From the NCBI GenBank assembly GCA_951406725.2, contig OX597819.1, positions 66,898,001-66,962,000 on the forward strand: DNA of 64,000 nucleotides, written 5' to 3'. Under the pieces are notes generated by a model, which had not been told where the DNA came from, searched no databases, and saw only the letters and a program-made list of their open reading frames with translations. The stretch comes from Octopus vulgaris (lineage: Eukaryota). Below are positions 40,341 to 54,009 of this stretch, piece by piece (the first letter of the stretch is position 1; each line of letters begins with the position of its first letter). Position numbers and translations under genes: made by a program.

Positions 40341-40728
40341 AGATGGAGATTTTGTGTGTGTGTGTGTATACGGTTACATTCATAAATATATACACATCAC
40401 ATTCATAGAGCGGAGGGGTTTTCTATGGCTTCAGCCTTCGTATTTGCCAGTTAACATGCCAAATTGTAAACGACATGCAGATAGGCAGATCAGCGGATAA
40501 TTAGGTTTGTGGCTTTTTATGAAAGATTCTATTGAAACGCCAGTCAGGTAAAATAAGAAAATGAAGGTGATTCATTGAGTTCAAATGTTTCAATTTATTT
40601 CAGTGGAAATGACTCGAAGACATTTTCGATATCAGAAAATTCTGGATTTCATCACTGATGCACGCATCTACGTACGTACAAATGTATGTATGTATGTATG
40701 TATATATATAAATGCATGTATGTATGTA

Positions 40729-40778
<50 letters not shown>

Positions 40779-40828
40779 ATATATATATGCATGTATGTAT
40801 AATATATATATATATATGTATGCATTTG

Positions 40829-40863
<35 letters not shown>

Positions 40864-41172
40864 CACATACACACATATGTATATATATACATATATTTAT
40901 ACATACGTACATATAAACACACACACACAAATAAATATATATATATATATATATACTTTTATATACTTACATATATATATATAAGCGTGTGTATATGTAT
41001 ATGTATCTATGTATCTATATGTATGCACGTGTTTATGTATGTGTGTGTGTATGTGGGTTTGTGAGAGTGTGTGTGTTTGTGTGAGTTATTTATGTGTACG
41101 TGTATATATTTTTGTATGCATATATAAACGTTACAAAATGCCTTAGAGTCGAATATTTTATCTGTTTCTTAC

Positions 41173-41292
41173 CTTTCCATCTTGTGCTTGTTTTCGCTAA
41201 AGACATTGGCAGAGTTGTATACAATCCTACCAAAGCAAAAAGTACTGTAAACCGATGTAAACGTCTAAGGTTGTTAATATAAATAGCAGGAC
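41173..41292 (-). CDS. Weak candidate coding exon (120 nt, phase 1-1), hydrophobic signal-peptide-like
   Basis: TACAG| acceptor and AAG|GTAAG donor on the minus strand; open frame GPAIYINNLRRLHRFTVLFALVGLYTTLPMSLAKTSTRWK. The polypyrimidine tract is poor and no homologue is recognised. Confidence 0.2.
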
Positions 41293-41483
41293 CTGTATTA
41301 TATTTTGGGTCCCGAAATTGAGGCACAGGAACAGAACGTTAGATAGATAGAAAACATATATATATACATGGTTTTTTTAATGGTTTTATCAAATGTTCAC
41401 ACCTGTGTAGAATTATATATATTTCTGGTTTAAGCATAATTAAAAATATTGATGAAAATTTTGCTCATATTATCTTCATATCT

Positions 41484-41663
41484 GTGATGACACTTACAAC
41501 GATGACAACGATGATGACGACGATATTGATGGTGGTGTTGGTAGTAGTGGTTTTGGTGGTGTTGGTAGTGGTGATGATACTGATGATGAAGCTGATGATG
41601 AAGATGATTATGATGATGGCAATGGTGATGATGATAATAATGATGATGATGATGATGATGATA

Positions 41664-41700
<37 letters not shown>

Positions 41701-41732
41701 TGGTGATGAAAATGATGATGATGATGATGTTG
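41484..41732. repeat. Degenerate (GAT)/(GGT) trinucleotide tract
   Basis: Directly visible. Confidence 0.9.
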
Positions 41733-43851
41733 ATTCACAAACACACGGATACACATGTATCTGTACACACACAGACTCACACGATTTCATTATGTTGCGA
41801 AGTGTGTATATTTTTGGGGACTAGCGATTGATGCATTTCGCATTGCATTGCTAACATTTCTCCGTTCATTTTGGTTTGGATAACGTTGAAATATTTTATG
41901 CTTGTCACGTGAAACATTTCCTTATATTAAGGAAAGAGTCACATATCTCAGTATATATTCTTTAACCCATCAGCTTTATTGAAAACAGAAGTTAAAGAAA
42001 TAAATTGACATTGTAGTTGGCAGCTAAAAGCAAAACGTAATCCGACATAATCAACTTTGCTCTAAGTGGTTGCCATAATATTAACAAGAGATGTCAGAAA
42101 TTTGAGAAATTCTTGTAAAAATCGAAATAAGAAATGATTAGGTGTGAAAGCTATGAAATATTATGAAACGAATATTGTTTCAATATTTGAGCACAATGCA
42201 AAAATGATTCAATTTGAACGGCAACATTTAAATCTACATCGAGTCAATTTAGTTTAAATCTGAGATAACTACAGAAAATGTTTTATCTTCTGAAGTTTTC
42301 ATTTTCTTTGTTATAGCGTTTTCTTTCATTTGTACACTACCATAAAATTTGTGCAAAGGTATAAATTAAAGTAGCGTAATATTTATATCCGTCATTTCAA
42401 TAACGATGAAGAAGAATGCTTATTCCCGTGCACAGAATATACAGACATGCTTTAAATGACAAGACATTACGCTGACTAATATATTCACTCAAGTTCCGTG
42501 CCGTTATACCCACGTTCTACTTATGAGATGTATTTTTAAGGGTCTGGGCAAAGAAGAAATTTTTTCGTCCAACATAATTCCAGTCGTGTTCGTCAATAAT
42601 TCGATGTTTTAATGAAACATCAATTCTTTGGTACTTTAAAAAAATAAATGTATAAATAGAAATTCCTAAAAGGCGTTAGTCATTTCATGCGTTTTTTTAA
42701 AAAAGAACTCATGGTAGAACGTCTTATAGAATTACCAATATACATCGGAGGAAGGTAATAAAATACTGCAGAATACTAAGTATACGAATTGACGATTATA
42801 TATTTTAGAAGACCGGAGACATGATAAGCATATTAGACACATGCATAATCTAACATAATGAAATACATAGCATGATATTGCACATCACAATATAAGCGGA
42901 TGCTTAGGTATATTCAGAGAACAAATGACCGAAATATTCAAATTCAGCAAATGTTTATGAAATATCCAATACATTTTTTATAACTTTACAGAAAAAAATA
43001 TGTAGAAAAAGTTTATAAAAATACGTCATATGTAAACAAGCATAAGTTTGTTTTTGAAGTATTTGAATGTATTGTAGAACAAGTAGCAAGTTATATTTTT
43101 TCAACACGTAAATACTGAACAGTATGTATAAAGGAGAAAAGCCTTTTAAGAGCAGAAACCTTTGTCAGCAACCAGCATGACGATCGGAGTCACGCTCGTC
43201 TAATATCCGGTTAGAGTGCTCTACTTTTAATCTAAACTGCCGACCGACAAAATCTTCTGCAATTTTAGAACTTATAAATTCATCCAGAAACGCTAGATGT
43301 CATATAAATTACATGATATGTAAACAAATATAAGTTTCTTTTTCTGTTCTTCAAAGGAATTTATCTTTTATATATACTGATCAGCATTTACGTGTTGAAA
43401 AAATATATCTTTCTACTTATTTTATAAAAATACCTTTAGTAATGTCCCCTGCCCTCCAACCAATGTAACGCAATAAAAGTATAAAGAAATCAGCTCTATT
43501 TGCTTACGTCTGTATGCAATATTTCTCAGCGAGTTTTTCTTCTTTCAGATAAATACCAGCAAGGGTTGCATTATTATGGTTATTAGTAACTCAAAAAAGA
43601 AGTTGCGTACAAGATACTTTTGTTGTATTTTTTTAAAATTAGCATTGCCAAATATGAAACACCATTTGCCAAGAATTAAATTTCTTACCTCGTATATATA
43701 CGTAACTTGATTTCCTTTAGCATAGAATCAGAAGAAAATCGTACACCAATCAATGCACAATCTTATTTGACATCGTACACATTACTTTTAAGTGAAATCT
43801 AAGTAATACCACTTGCTCGTCAGCCACTTCTTGTCAGGGAGAAAAAGTTCA

Positions 43852-44001
43852 AGGCGCAGGAGTGGCTGTGTGGTAAGTAGTTTGGTTCCGGGTTCATTCC
43901 CACAGCGTGGCACCTTGGGCAAGTGTCTTCTACTATAACCTCGGGCCGACCAAATCCTTGTGAGTGGATTTGGTAGACTTAAATAAGCCCGTCGTATATA
44001 G

Positions 44002-44057
<56 letters not shown>

Positions 44058-44260
44058 ATATATATATGTGGGGGCGTATATACGCTTGTGTGTCCGATGG
44101 TGGTGTGTTTACGTCCCCGTAACTTAGCAGTTCGGCAAAAGAGACCGATAGAATAAGTACTAGGCTTCCAAAGAATAAGTCCTGGGGTCTATTTGCTCGA
44201 CTAAAGGCGGTGCTCCAGCATGGCAGCAGTCAAATAACTGAAACAAGTAAAAGAGTAAAA
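43852..44260 (+). mobile_element. SINE family B, near full length
   Basis: GGCGCAGGAGTGGCTGTGTGGTAAG..GGTTCATTCCC..CCTTGGGCAAGTGTC..GAAACAAGTAAAAGAGTAA. Confidence 0.9.
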
Positions 44261-45585
44261 GATAGGTATATATATCGCTCTGAAAATGAACATTGGCATT
44301 ATTAAAGAGGCAGATAAGAGAAAACACAACGAAAAGGTTGTACAGATTGTCTATCGAGAAACAATTTGACATCTCTACATTGTCGAGTATTAGAACCGCG
44401 ATACAGAAATGAGGCAGTTTCAATATTTACGATAACAGTCCTTTGTTACTACAGTAAGAAGTGAAGATAAAAATTATCCAATAAGAAAAGTGAAGTTTTA
44501 GGGAGATTTTACCTCTAATGTATAGTTATACACAGTTTTGACTCTTGTATCACATTTCCTGATTGAAACCATTAATAATTATGAATATCATAGTCAAAGG
44601 TTAAACTGTCGCATCTATTTTGAATATTATAAAGAACAATTAACTAGGATCAATGCTCAGTTAAAGAAACTGATAACAACTGCCAATTAATTCAGGCGGG
44701 ATGTCAAAATGTGTGTCATTATATTGCTGGGAAATTTGGAAATTTGTATAAATCATGCTCTCGCATCACCATTGTTCATTGTATGCGAAGAAATAAAAAG
44801 GAGACAGCTTGAACGTTTCTGAACATTTCTAAAGGGAATAGTCGTAATTACTTTAATCAGTATTAAATATCGGTGTCTCAGATTTGCTGTCATTTTAATT
44901 CTCAAGAGATTTTGATTCGATAAATAAAGCGCAGCCACAATTTGTTAACGGAATTTAATATAAATGGGAAATATCACATTGCAGTAAATTACGATGTGAC
45001 ACAAAAATAAACATAACTGCGAAAGTGAATATATAAATGAATGCGGTAAAGCATTGCCACAAGCTATAAATAATAATAACACGGTAATATTAAATGATGC
45101 CATCCCTATATTATAAACGAAATGAATTAACATCGGTGTCGAAAAAGAAAATGAATCTATACTTCACTTTAAAAAAAAGGCGGCGTGGAGGGCACACAAA
45201 TAAAAATTATGAATTTATTAAATTATTAAATGTAAAAAAAGGGAAATAGATGCACAAATGAAAACATTGGCAGAAGAATATATAAGAATATATATGTGCG
45301 TGAGTGTGTGTAGGTGTGTGTGGGAGTGGGAGTGTGCTCGGATGTGTGTGGAAGTGTGTGCATATATGTGTATATGTGTGTGAATGGGGGGTATATGTGT
45401 GTAGTGTGTGTAGTGTATTTGCATGTGTATGTACATATATTCATATACATATATATACATATATGAATATACACATATGTGTGTGTTTATATTCTTATTT
45501 ACGTACGCATACATGCGTATATATCTACGTCTATCTATATTTCTCACTTTCCCTCCTTCTTCCTTCTCTCTCTCTTTCCATTCTG

Positions 45586-45617
<32 letters not shown>

Positions 45618-45753
45618 CTGTATATATATATATATGTTTGGTAGTCGTGTGTAGTTAACAGTTTTAATACAAGTGTTGGAATAAATTCCTCCTTTTTGTG
45701 TCTCTATCTCTCCTATTACACAAACACGTATACACACATACACACACACACAC

Positions 45754-45793
<40 letters not shown>

Positions 45794-46231
45794 GCATATA
45801 TATATATGTATATATATATATGCATATATATATGTATATATATATATATATATGTGTGTATGTGTGTATGTATTTCTTTGTCAGTATGAATGCATGTGTG
45901 TAGGTACGTAGTAGGAACACGATGCTTACTGGGAAAGATTATGGCATAATGGAACATATTTATCACGCAATAGAGAAAAAAAATGTGTTTATCTACGCTG
46001 CCACTCATTTTTCTCGAAATAACAGAGAAATATCTCTGAGACTGTACACACTCTAACAGCCAACGCAACCCGTGTTCAATACTATATTTCAAAATGTATT
46101 ATGAAGTGATATTTACAGTTGGAACATCTTTGATGATATACACGCTCCATCAGGGCTAACTGTGGTTAAACGAAAACAATCAAAATATATTTATATATTT
46201 ATCAAAATAGCAAACTTTGATAAATATATAA

Positions 46232-46553
46232 GTAGTGGAACCGCGGTTTACTAATGCCTCTCATCATAAAACAAACTCGATTTACGATTAAACATGGAAG
46301 GTCTCGGAAGATGAACGGTATCTAGAGTAATGAACCCTAAAGCCAGCAACAATGGTGTTGGCAACAAGCTGGGTATATCAGGTGGAGAGCGTCAGTTGCC
46401 TTCTTACTTTGATTAAGTGTATATCCGTGTTCGAATTTTCGGCACCTTCGCTTGAATTTTTTCTGAGAAAAATAATTTTGGTTTATGAACCTTTCGGGTC
46501 ATGAAAGGCCTCCAGAAATGAAATGAATTCGTAAAGCGAACTTTCGCGGTGTA
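46232..46553. mobile_element. Possible Tigger/pogo-type MITE with decayed TIRs
   Basis: Left end AGTGGAACCGCGGTTTACTAAT and right end ATTCGTAAAGCGAACTTTCGCGGTGTA resemble Tigger-type termini. Confidence 0.35.
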
Positions 46554-47276
46554 TGGAACCAATACACCGTGTCTCGATACATAGAGCCTCATAGAAATTA
46601 GACAAAAGCGTAAGACAAAGGGACTGAATGTGGACAACACAAAAGCAGAATCTCGTGCGCAATTCATATGGATAATGGCAGAGTAGTGTAATTTGTCAAC
46701 ATGTGAATGGATTAGAAATAATTTAAAAGAAAACTCGTTATGTATTTGTCATATGGTACATCTGATATAAATCATCGAATATTCGACATTGCAAATGTCG
46801 TAAATAAGAACGATAATACATTCACCTTTAAGAAAGCAGCAACAGAGTTTTTAAAGCATGGAAACATGTTTTCACGTAGATTTTGCTCTCAAAAGAAAAC
46901 TCGAGTGTTATCGTTGAAGTAACAGAAACTAAGTCAAAACATCGATATCATCCACGAAAAAATAAGGAAGCTTTGTAGAAACCAAATTTTAATGTAGAAC
47001 AATTCAAAGAAGCAAAAGAAAGATTAAATCAACGGATAAAATCAAATAATTCCATTTGAATGCACAGGTTTGGTAAAAGCATCAAGCTAAATATATAATT
47101 TAAACAAAGTAAAATGTTTTCAGGAAGGAAGAAAGAAAAACAGGCTTACATTTAAAGAAATATAACAAGAAAACTAGGCAAGCAGAAAATCCATGAAATT
47201 TTTCAAAGAAGTGGTACAACGATCTTGTCAGAAAATCTGTGAAGTAAAAGAAACAGAGAGAGAATAAACGAAGCTA

Positions 47277-47590
47277 TTCAAAAACCCATGATAAAATATC
47301 TGTATATCTTGCAATACATATATGCTGTCCATCGCTTTGAAAAATAACATGATATTCTCAAATCCAGTATGTAAGCGGAAAATTCTTCCAAATAGAAAGA
47401 CTCCAAAAACCCGTGATAAAAGTGTCTATGCTTCTTGCAATTCATATGTACTGTCCACTGCTTCAATTAAATAACATGGCAGCAACCAATCCAGAATTTG
47501 AGCGGAAAATATTATTAAATAGAAACTCTCCAAACATCCATGATAAAATATGTGTATCTTAAAATGTATATATATTCTGCTCCATGCTTT
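47277..47590. repeat. Degenerate tandem repeat, about 125-nt unit, 2.5 copies
   Basis: CAAAAACCC(A/G)TGATAAAA recurs near 47279 and 47404, with a more diverged match near 47531; AATCCAG..GCGGAAAAT..AAATAGAAA occurs twice. Confidence 0.85.
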
Positions 47591-48245
47591 TATAACATAC
47601 TTAGGTGATTATTTCAAGTGCCTGAATTGATAATACAAGGGAAAAAATACTCCAACCAAATGAATGCAAAAATAGCCAACGGTGAGCCTCAAAAGTAATG
47701 ATAGATCTTGGTTTCAGTATTTCCGTGATATAAAATCTACTCAATGAGAAACGAAAAAGATATTTCCATTCTGGCTTGACCCGCTGGAAATATTAACCAA
47801 ATCTCTTTTAAATCACATGCTGCCAGCTTAAGAAATAAAGATCAGATTAGGAACTGTAGTCCTATATAAAATGACTAGAAGAGGGGCTTCTGAAACATAG
47901 AGTTGATGGGGAGATAAATGGCAACGAGAAACGATACTTCAAAATACAGGGGAAAAGAAGTACACAAGAAAATAAAAACACACGGAGATGAAGATTAACA
48001 GCTATAAACAATGGTGGAATGGTAGCAGTGAAAGTGGTGTTTCCACTCTAAATTAACATCTGTGGTATTACATGCAATTCGCTCGTGATGAAAAATAAAT
48101 TTCTGTGAGAAAATTTAATTAGTCAGCGTGAACACGACATTGAAATCAAATTTCCTTATGATACAAAGTACGCTAGAGTTACCTAACAAATGCTTGATCT
48201 TTTTTTATAATAAACATACAATTTCGCCTTTCTTTCACACTGCTC

Positions 48246-48600
48246 TATTCTACTCTAGGCACAAGGCCCGAAATTTGGGGTAAGGGGGGCCGTCGATTAG
48301 ATCGACTCAGTACATAACTGGTACTTAATTTATCAACCCGGAAAGGATGAAAGGCAAAGTCGACTTCGGTGGAATTTGAACTCAGAACATAATGGCAGAC
48401 AAAATACTGCTAAGAATTTCGCCCGGCGTGCTAACATTTCTGCTAGCTCACCGCCATTAAAATCTGTTCTACTCTAGGCACAAGGCCCGAAATTTGGGTG
48501 AAGAGTCCAGTCGATTAGATTAACCTCTGTACGCTACTTGTCCTTAATTTATCGTTCCCGAAAAGATGAAAGGTAAAGTCGACCTCGGTGGAACTTGAAT
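48246..48600 (-). mobile_element. Two adjacent SINE family A copies (48246-48456 full; 48466-48600 5'-truncated)
   Basis: TTCTACTCTAGGCACAAGGCCCGAAATTTGGG occurs twice, each followed by GATGAAAGG(C/T)AAAGTCGAC. Confidence 0.9.
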
Positions 48601-48675
48601 AATTTTAAAACTCAAATCTACCATGTGGATATATATACAGATATACGTTATACACAAACACACACACACACATAA

Positions 48676-48730
<55 letters not shown>

Positions 48731-48773
48731 CATACACAAATATATATATATATATATATATACATACACAAAC

Positions 48774-48834
<61 letters not shown>

Positions 48835-48855
48835 AATATATAAACATATACAGAT

Positions 48856-48896
<41 letters not shown>

Positions 48897-49315
48897 TATA
48901 TACATACACTCATATATATACATACATATATACATATATACATATATTTAGATTTAGATGTATATATGTGTGTATGTGTGTGTATGTGTGTAAGGTAGAA
49001 AATACTTTAATGCGGAAACACGCGTGGTGGATATAGAGAAAGAGAAGAGATCATTTAAAAACACAGATTTGTTTTACAGGATTTATGATTATATTAGAGA
49101 TATGATAATAATGACATTATACTATTTTGTATAAAATCGGGTCTTCTTCATTCAACATAATTGAAGTAAGGACCAGGGTTTCTGGGTAATAGCCCGTTAT
49201 GGTCGTTTGATAATCACTAGATCACTAGTTTTGTACAAAATTGTATATCTTATCATCATGGCTCTAATATACTCTTAAATCGTGTAAAACAAATCTTCTG
49301 TGATATTTCATGTTA

Positions 49316-49407
<92 letters not shown>

Positions 49408-49930
49408 TGCGCGCGCGTGTGTCTGTGTGTGTGTAAGATAAAGGATGGAGAATCTGCTCTTTTTTCCGATTTTACGAATCACGGAGAACGAGACTTCAAT
49501 ATAGACTGGCGTGTGGCACTTTCCTAAAACAAAATAATCACTTATCCTTTCGAAGTCGAAAAATTAAGTACGAATCAAATGTTTAATGTGATGAATCGAC
49601 TATCCCCCCTCCCAACATTATTCTCCTTTTAATTATCGTAGGAACGATCGTTGGTAAATATCTAATGAACTGAAAAATTGTGAATGTGTCGCATGCGAAA
49701 TACGAAATTGAGACTGTTACGAATAAATAACAGAACGATTTTTATATTGTACGCTATACATGAATTAGTGATACTTTAGCATGAATACATTATTGTGTTT
49801 TGAAAAACAGTGAATATAAAGTTATAGTAATCGATGGGATTTCATATATCATATTCTAACACAAAAATAAGATAATACGAAATATACATTATTTACATTT
49901 GACGGATATTTGTCCTCATCTTGTTTGTTG

Positions 49931-49978
49931 TTAACACAGCGTTTCGGCTGATATACCCTCAGACTTCATCACGTGCCT
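49931..49978 (-). ncRNA. Mutated hammerhead-like motif in a pLTR-like repeat (about 49880-50025)
   Basis: Minus strand reads GGCAC-GTGATGA-AGTCTGA-GGGTATA-TCAGCC-GAAA-CGCT-GTGTT; core C3 and the cleavage triplet are mutated. Confidence 0.45.
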
Positions 49979-50084
49979 TGGGGAAATTTCGAACCAGGGT
50001 TCTCATTCCTAATGTATTTTTCGATGTTGTTGTTGTTGTAATCATTATTATTATTATTAATATTATTAATATTATTATTATTAA

Positions 50085-51066
<982 letters not shown>

Positions 51067-51736
51067 TCACAGTCTGGAATCGAACTCGGAATCTTGCAGT
51101 AAGGATAAAAAATTCATTATACTGGCGAGTGGGAAACTGAAAATTATAACTAACTGACGACCGACTACAAGAGAATTTCTTTTATACACAAAACGAATTC
51201 AAGAAAGGAATTAGGTTTAAAGTTATTCTAGAACGCTTTACAATGACATGACTAAGAGAAACGAAATTAACAAGAAACATCTCGTTGCTAGCGTAATCAG
51301 TAAAAATAGTGATAATGGAATTAAACCAAACATAGGCGTACAAACATATCGGCTTAATGAATTGAAAACGATATATAATCCACAAGTGAAAGAAATGATT
51401 AGGAAATATTGTCCATAAGCATTCCGTTATTAATTATTTAAATCTGAGATATATATGTTTAAGGTAATAATTTTTCTTGATACCATTTCAGAATTTTCGT
51501 TTTCCCAAATACAATCTTAGCAAATGATGAAGATACGATAGGAAAGTAAGATAATATGGGCGTTAAGAATATATGGCCCAAGAACTGTTAGAGAAAGATT
51601 ATATTCATTGCATATATATATCATATACGAACTAAGTGGTTACAAAAATATTAGGATTTATCATGGAATGAGAAAATATGCAATATAAAAACAAAGGAAA
51701 ACGATATGGATATAAATAGACAAAAAATACATCGAT

Positions 51737-52183
51737 TTGGCAGAAACGTTAGCAGGACGGGCGAAATGCTTAACGGTATTTCGTCTGCCGTTACGTTCTG
51801 AGTTTAAATTCCGCCGAGGTCGACTTTGCCTCTCATACATTCGGGATCAACAAGTTAAGTACCATTTACGCACTGGGGTCGATGTAATCGACTTAATCCG
51901 TTTGTCTATCCTTGTTTGTCCCCTGAATGTTTAGCCCCTTGTGGGCAATAAAGAAATAAGAAACGTTAGCACTCCGGGCGAAATGCTTAGCGGTATTTCG
52001 TCTGCCGTTACGTTCTGAGTTCAAATTCCGCCGACGTCAACTTTGCCTTTCATCCTTTCGGGGTCGATAAATTAAGTACCATTTACGCACTGTTGTCGAT
52101 GTAATCGACTTAATCTCTTTGTCTGTCCTTATTTGGCCCCTCTGTGTTTCTTTATCGCCCCTTGAGGGCAATAAAGAAATAAG
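51737..52183 (+). mobile_element. Head-to-tail dimer of SINE family A with tail type 2
   Basis: Two units of about 222 nt, each ending CCCCTTG(T/A)GGGCAATAAAGAAATAAG. Confidence 0.9.
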
Positions 52184-53007
52184 ATAAAAAGCATGAAGTT
52201 ATTTTTGAAGTTCAGAATAGTTATTGACAAATAAATAAAGATCTAGATAATGATGAGCTGTGGTTAGACTTAACTGCTGCATTTATAGCAGATCAAATAA
52301 CTCGTAGTTTCGGTAGAGGGCCCCATCTCTTCCTGTCAGCTAATGGTTTAGTAAAGATTGTGAGAGTATATTTACTAATCAGCCGATTGGCTTCGTTTGA
52401 ATCTTTCATTAAGTTGCTAGATAACGCGCGTGTATATCTAATTATCTATATTTGCGCAGCAGCTACGCCATCACCGATATATAATCTATTATGACTAGAT
52501 TTTGAAGACGTGATTGAACAGTTTACAAACAAGTAAGACAATTCGCAATGGAGAAACTATATATTTTGTGTTAAAAGTTCAAAAGATGTTAGCCATCGGC
52601 TCGGATAGAAAATGAGATTGGCATAATTCCAAATGACTGTTTTACTTAGAACAACTAACTTGAATAATGAGAAAAGTATGCGAACGTAAAATCCGAGACC
52701 TTAGGTTACTTGTCTGACCATCTTTCAAGTAAAACCAGCCAAAAAGAAACAACACGACAAATGGACGTAAACGGGCATGGTGCAGATAGTGTTTCTACTG
52801 CAACTTTAAATGATGGAGATGATGATTAGAATGGTAATAACGAGAATATTAATGATGATAATGCTGACGAACATGACGATGATGTGTATGCTGGTGATAA
52901 TGATGATGATAATGAAAATGGTATTGATAATAATAATGATGATAATAATAATAATAATAATAATAAGAATAATAATAATAATAATAATGATAATAATAAT
53001 AATAATA

Positions 53008-53130
53008 ATGCTTAGAACCGCTCGGATACTCCGGAAGATGTCCGAAAAATAAGGGGCGTTACCTTAGTTCACTGGTAGTAAACAGCTGACACTGTAGTAC
53101 ATCTGCAGCATTAGAAGCTGTGCAAAGGCA
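53008..53130 (+). mobile_element. Extreme 3' end of a Dong/R4-type element following (TAA)n
   Basis: Peptide LRTARILRKM* equals the C-terminal LGTAHILRR motif, followed by a short UTR. Confidence 0.55.
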
Positions 53131-53137
53131 ACAACAA

Positions 53138-53138
<1 letters not shown>

Positions 53139-53168
<30 letters not shown>

Positions 53169-53432
53169 AAGAAGAAGAAGAAGAAGAATATGAGGAACAA
53201 GAGGAAGAGGAAAAGAAGAAGAAGAAAAGAAGAAGAAGAAGAAGAAGAAGAAGAATATGAGGAACAAGAGGAAGAAGAAAAGAAGAAGAAGAAAAAGAAG
53301 AAGATAAGGAAGAGGAGGAGGAGGAACAAGAGGAAGAAGAAGAAGAAGAAGAAGAAGAAGAAGAAGAAGAAGAAGAAGAAGAAGAAGAAGAAGAAGAAGA
53401 AGAAGAAGAAGAAGAAGAAGAAGAAGAAGAAG
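53139..53432. repeat. (GAA)n polypurine tract with a higher-order duplication
   Basis: GAATATGAGGAACAAGAGGAAG occurs twice within the GAA runs. Confidence 0.95.
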
Positions 53433-53832
53433 CAGTTGGGCATCTCCCTTTGTGATGACGATATGTGCATCTCTTGATAACGAGCAGAAATTGTGGGGAG
53501 AGCATCATAGCCATGTGTTGAGAGGAATTCTTTGGGGTTTGAATAATTCACCTCTGGAAACATGGGTGTTTCGTTCAACATCCTAAAAACAAACCTTATT
53601 CAGAGACTTTTAGTGCAAGAAGGGATACTCGACTGAAGAAAATTCTAACTTCGCTCCACCTGCAAGGCCATACGCTGTTTATCTTGATATAAGATCAGCT
53701 TGTCACGCACATGTGGCTGTGATGCATGTGCCTGTTTTAGCCTTATCAGATGAGTAGACATGATGGTTATATTGGGATTCGTATAGTTGCACTCCTGTGC
53801 TACTTGGATGGCATGCACTGCTCTCTCACTCA
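53433..53832. repeat. Unclassified ~400-nt probable interspersed repeat between (GAA)n and (AAT)n
   Basis: Higher-complexity, higher-GC block with sharp microsatellite borders. It resembles an octopus repeat I recall, but is single copy here. Confidence 0.4.
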
Positions 53833-54009
53833 ATAATAATTATAACAATAATAATAAGAACAGTAACAGCAACATGATGTTTCTATTAATCATAGAGACT
53901 GGTGGAGGTACAAATTATTTAAAGTTTTCGTAAGGGTGTTTTCAAAAGAAAAAGAGGAAAAGTCAAATATGAAAGATATAATAATAATTTCGAGCATTCA
54001 TATTTTGTC

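Noticed and set aside
49170-49205. GGG-CTATTA-CCC-AGAAAC hairpin resembling hammerhead stem II
   Set aside because: The CUGANGA core is absent.
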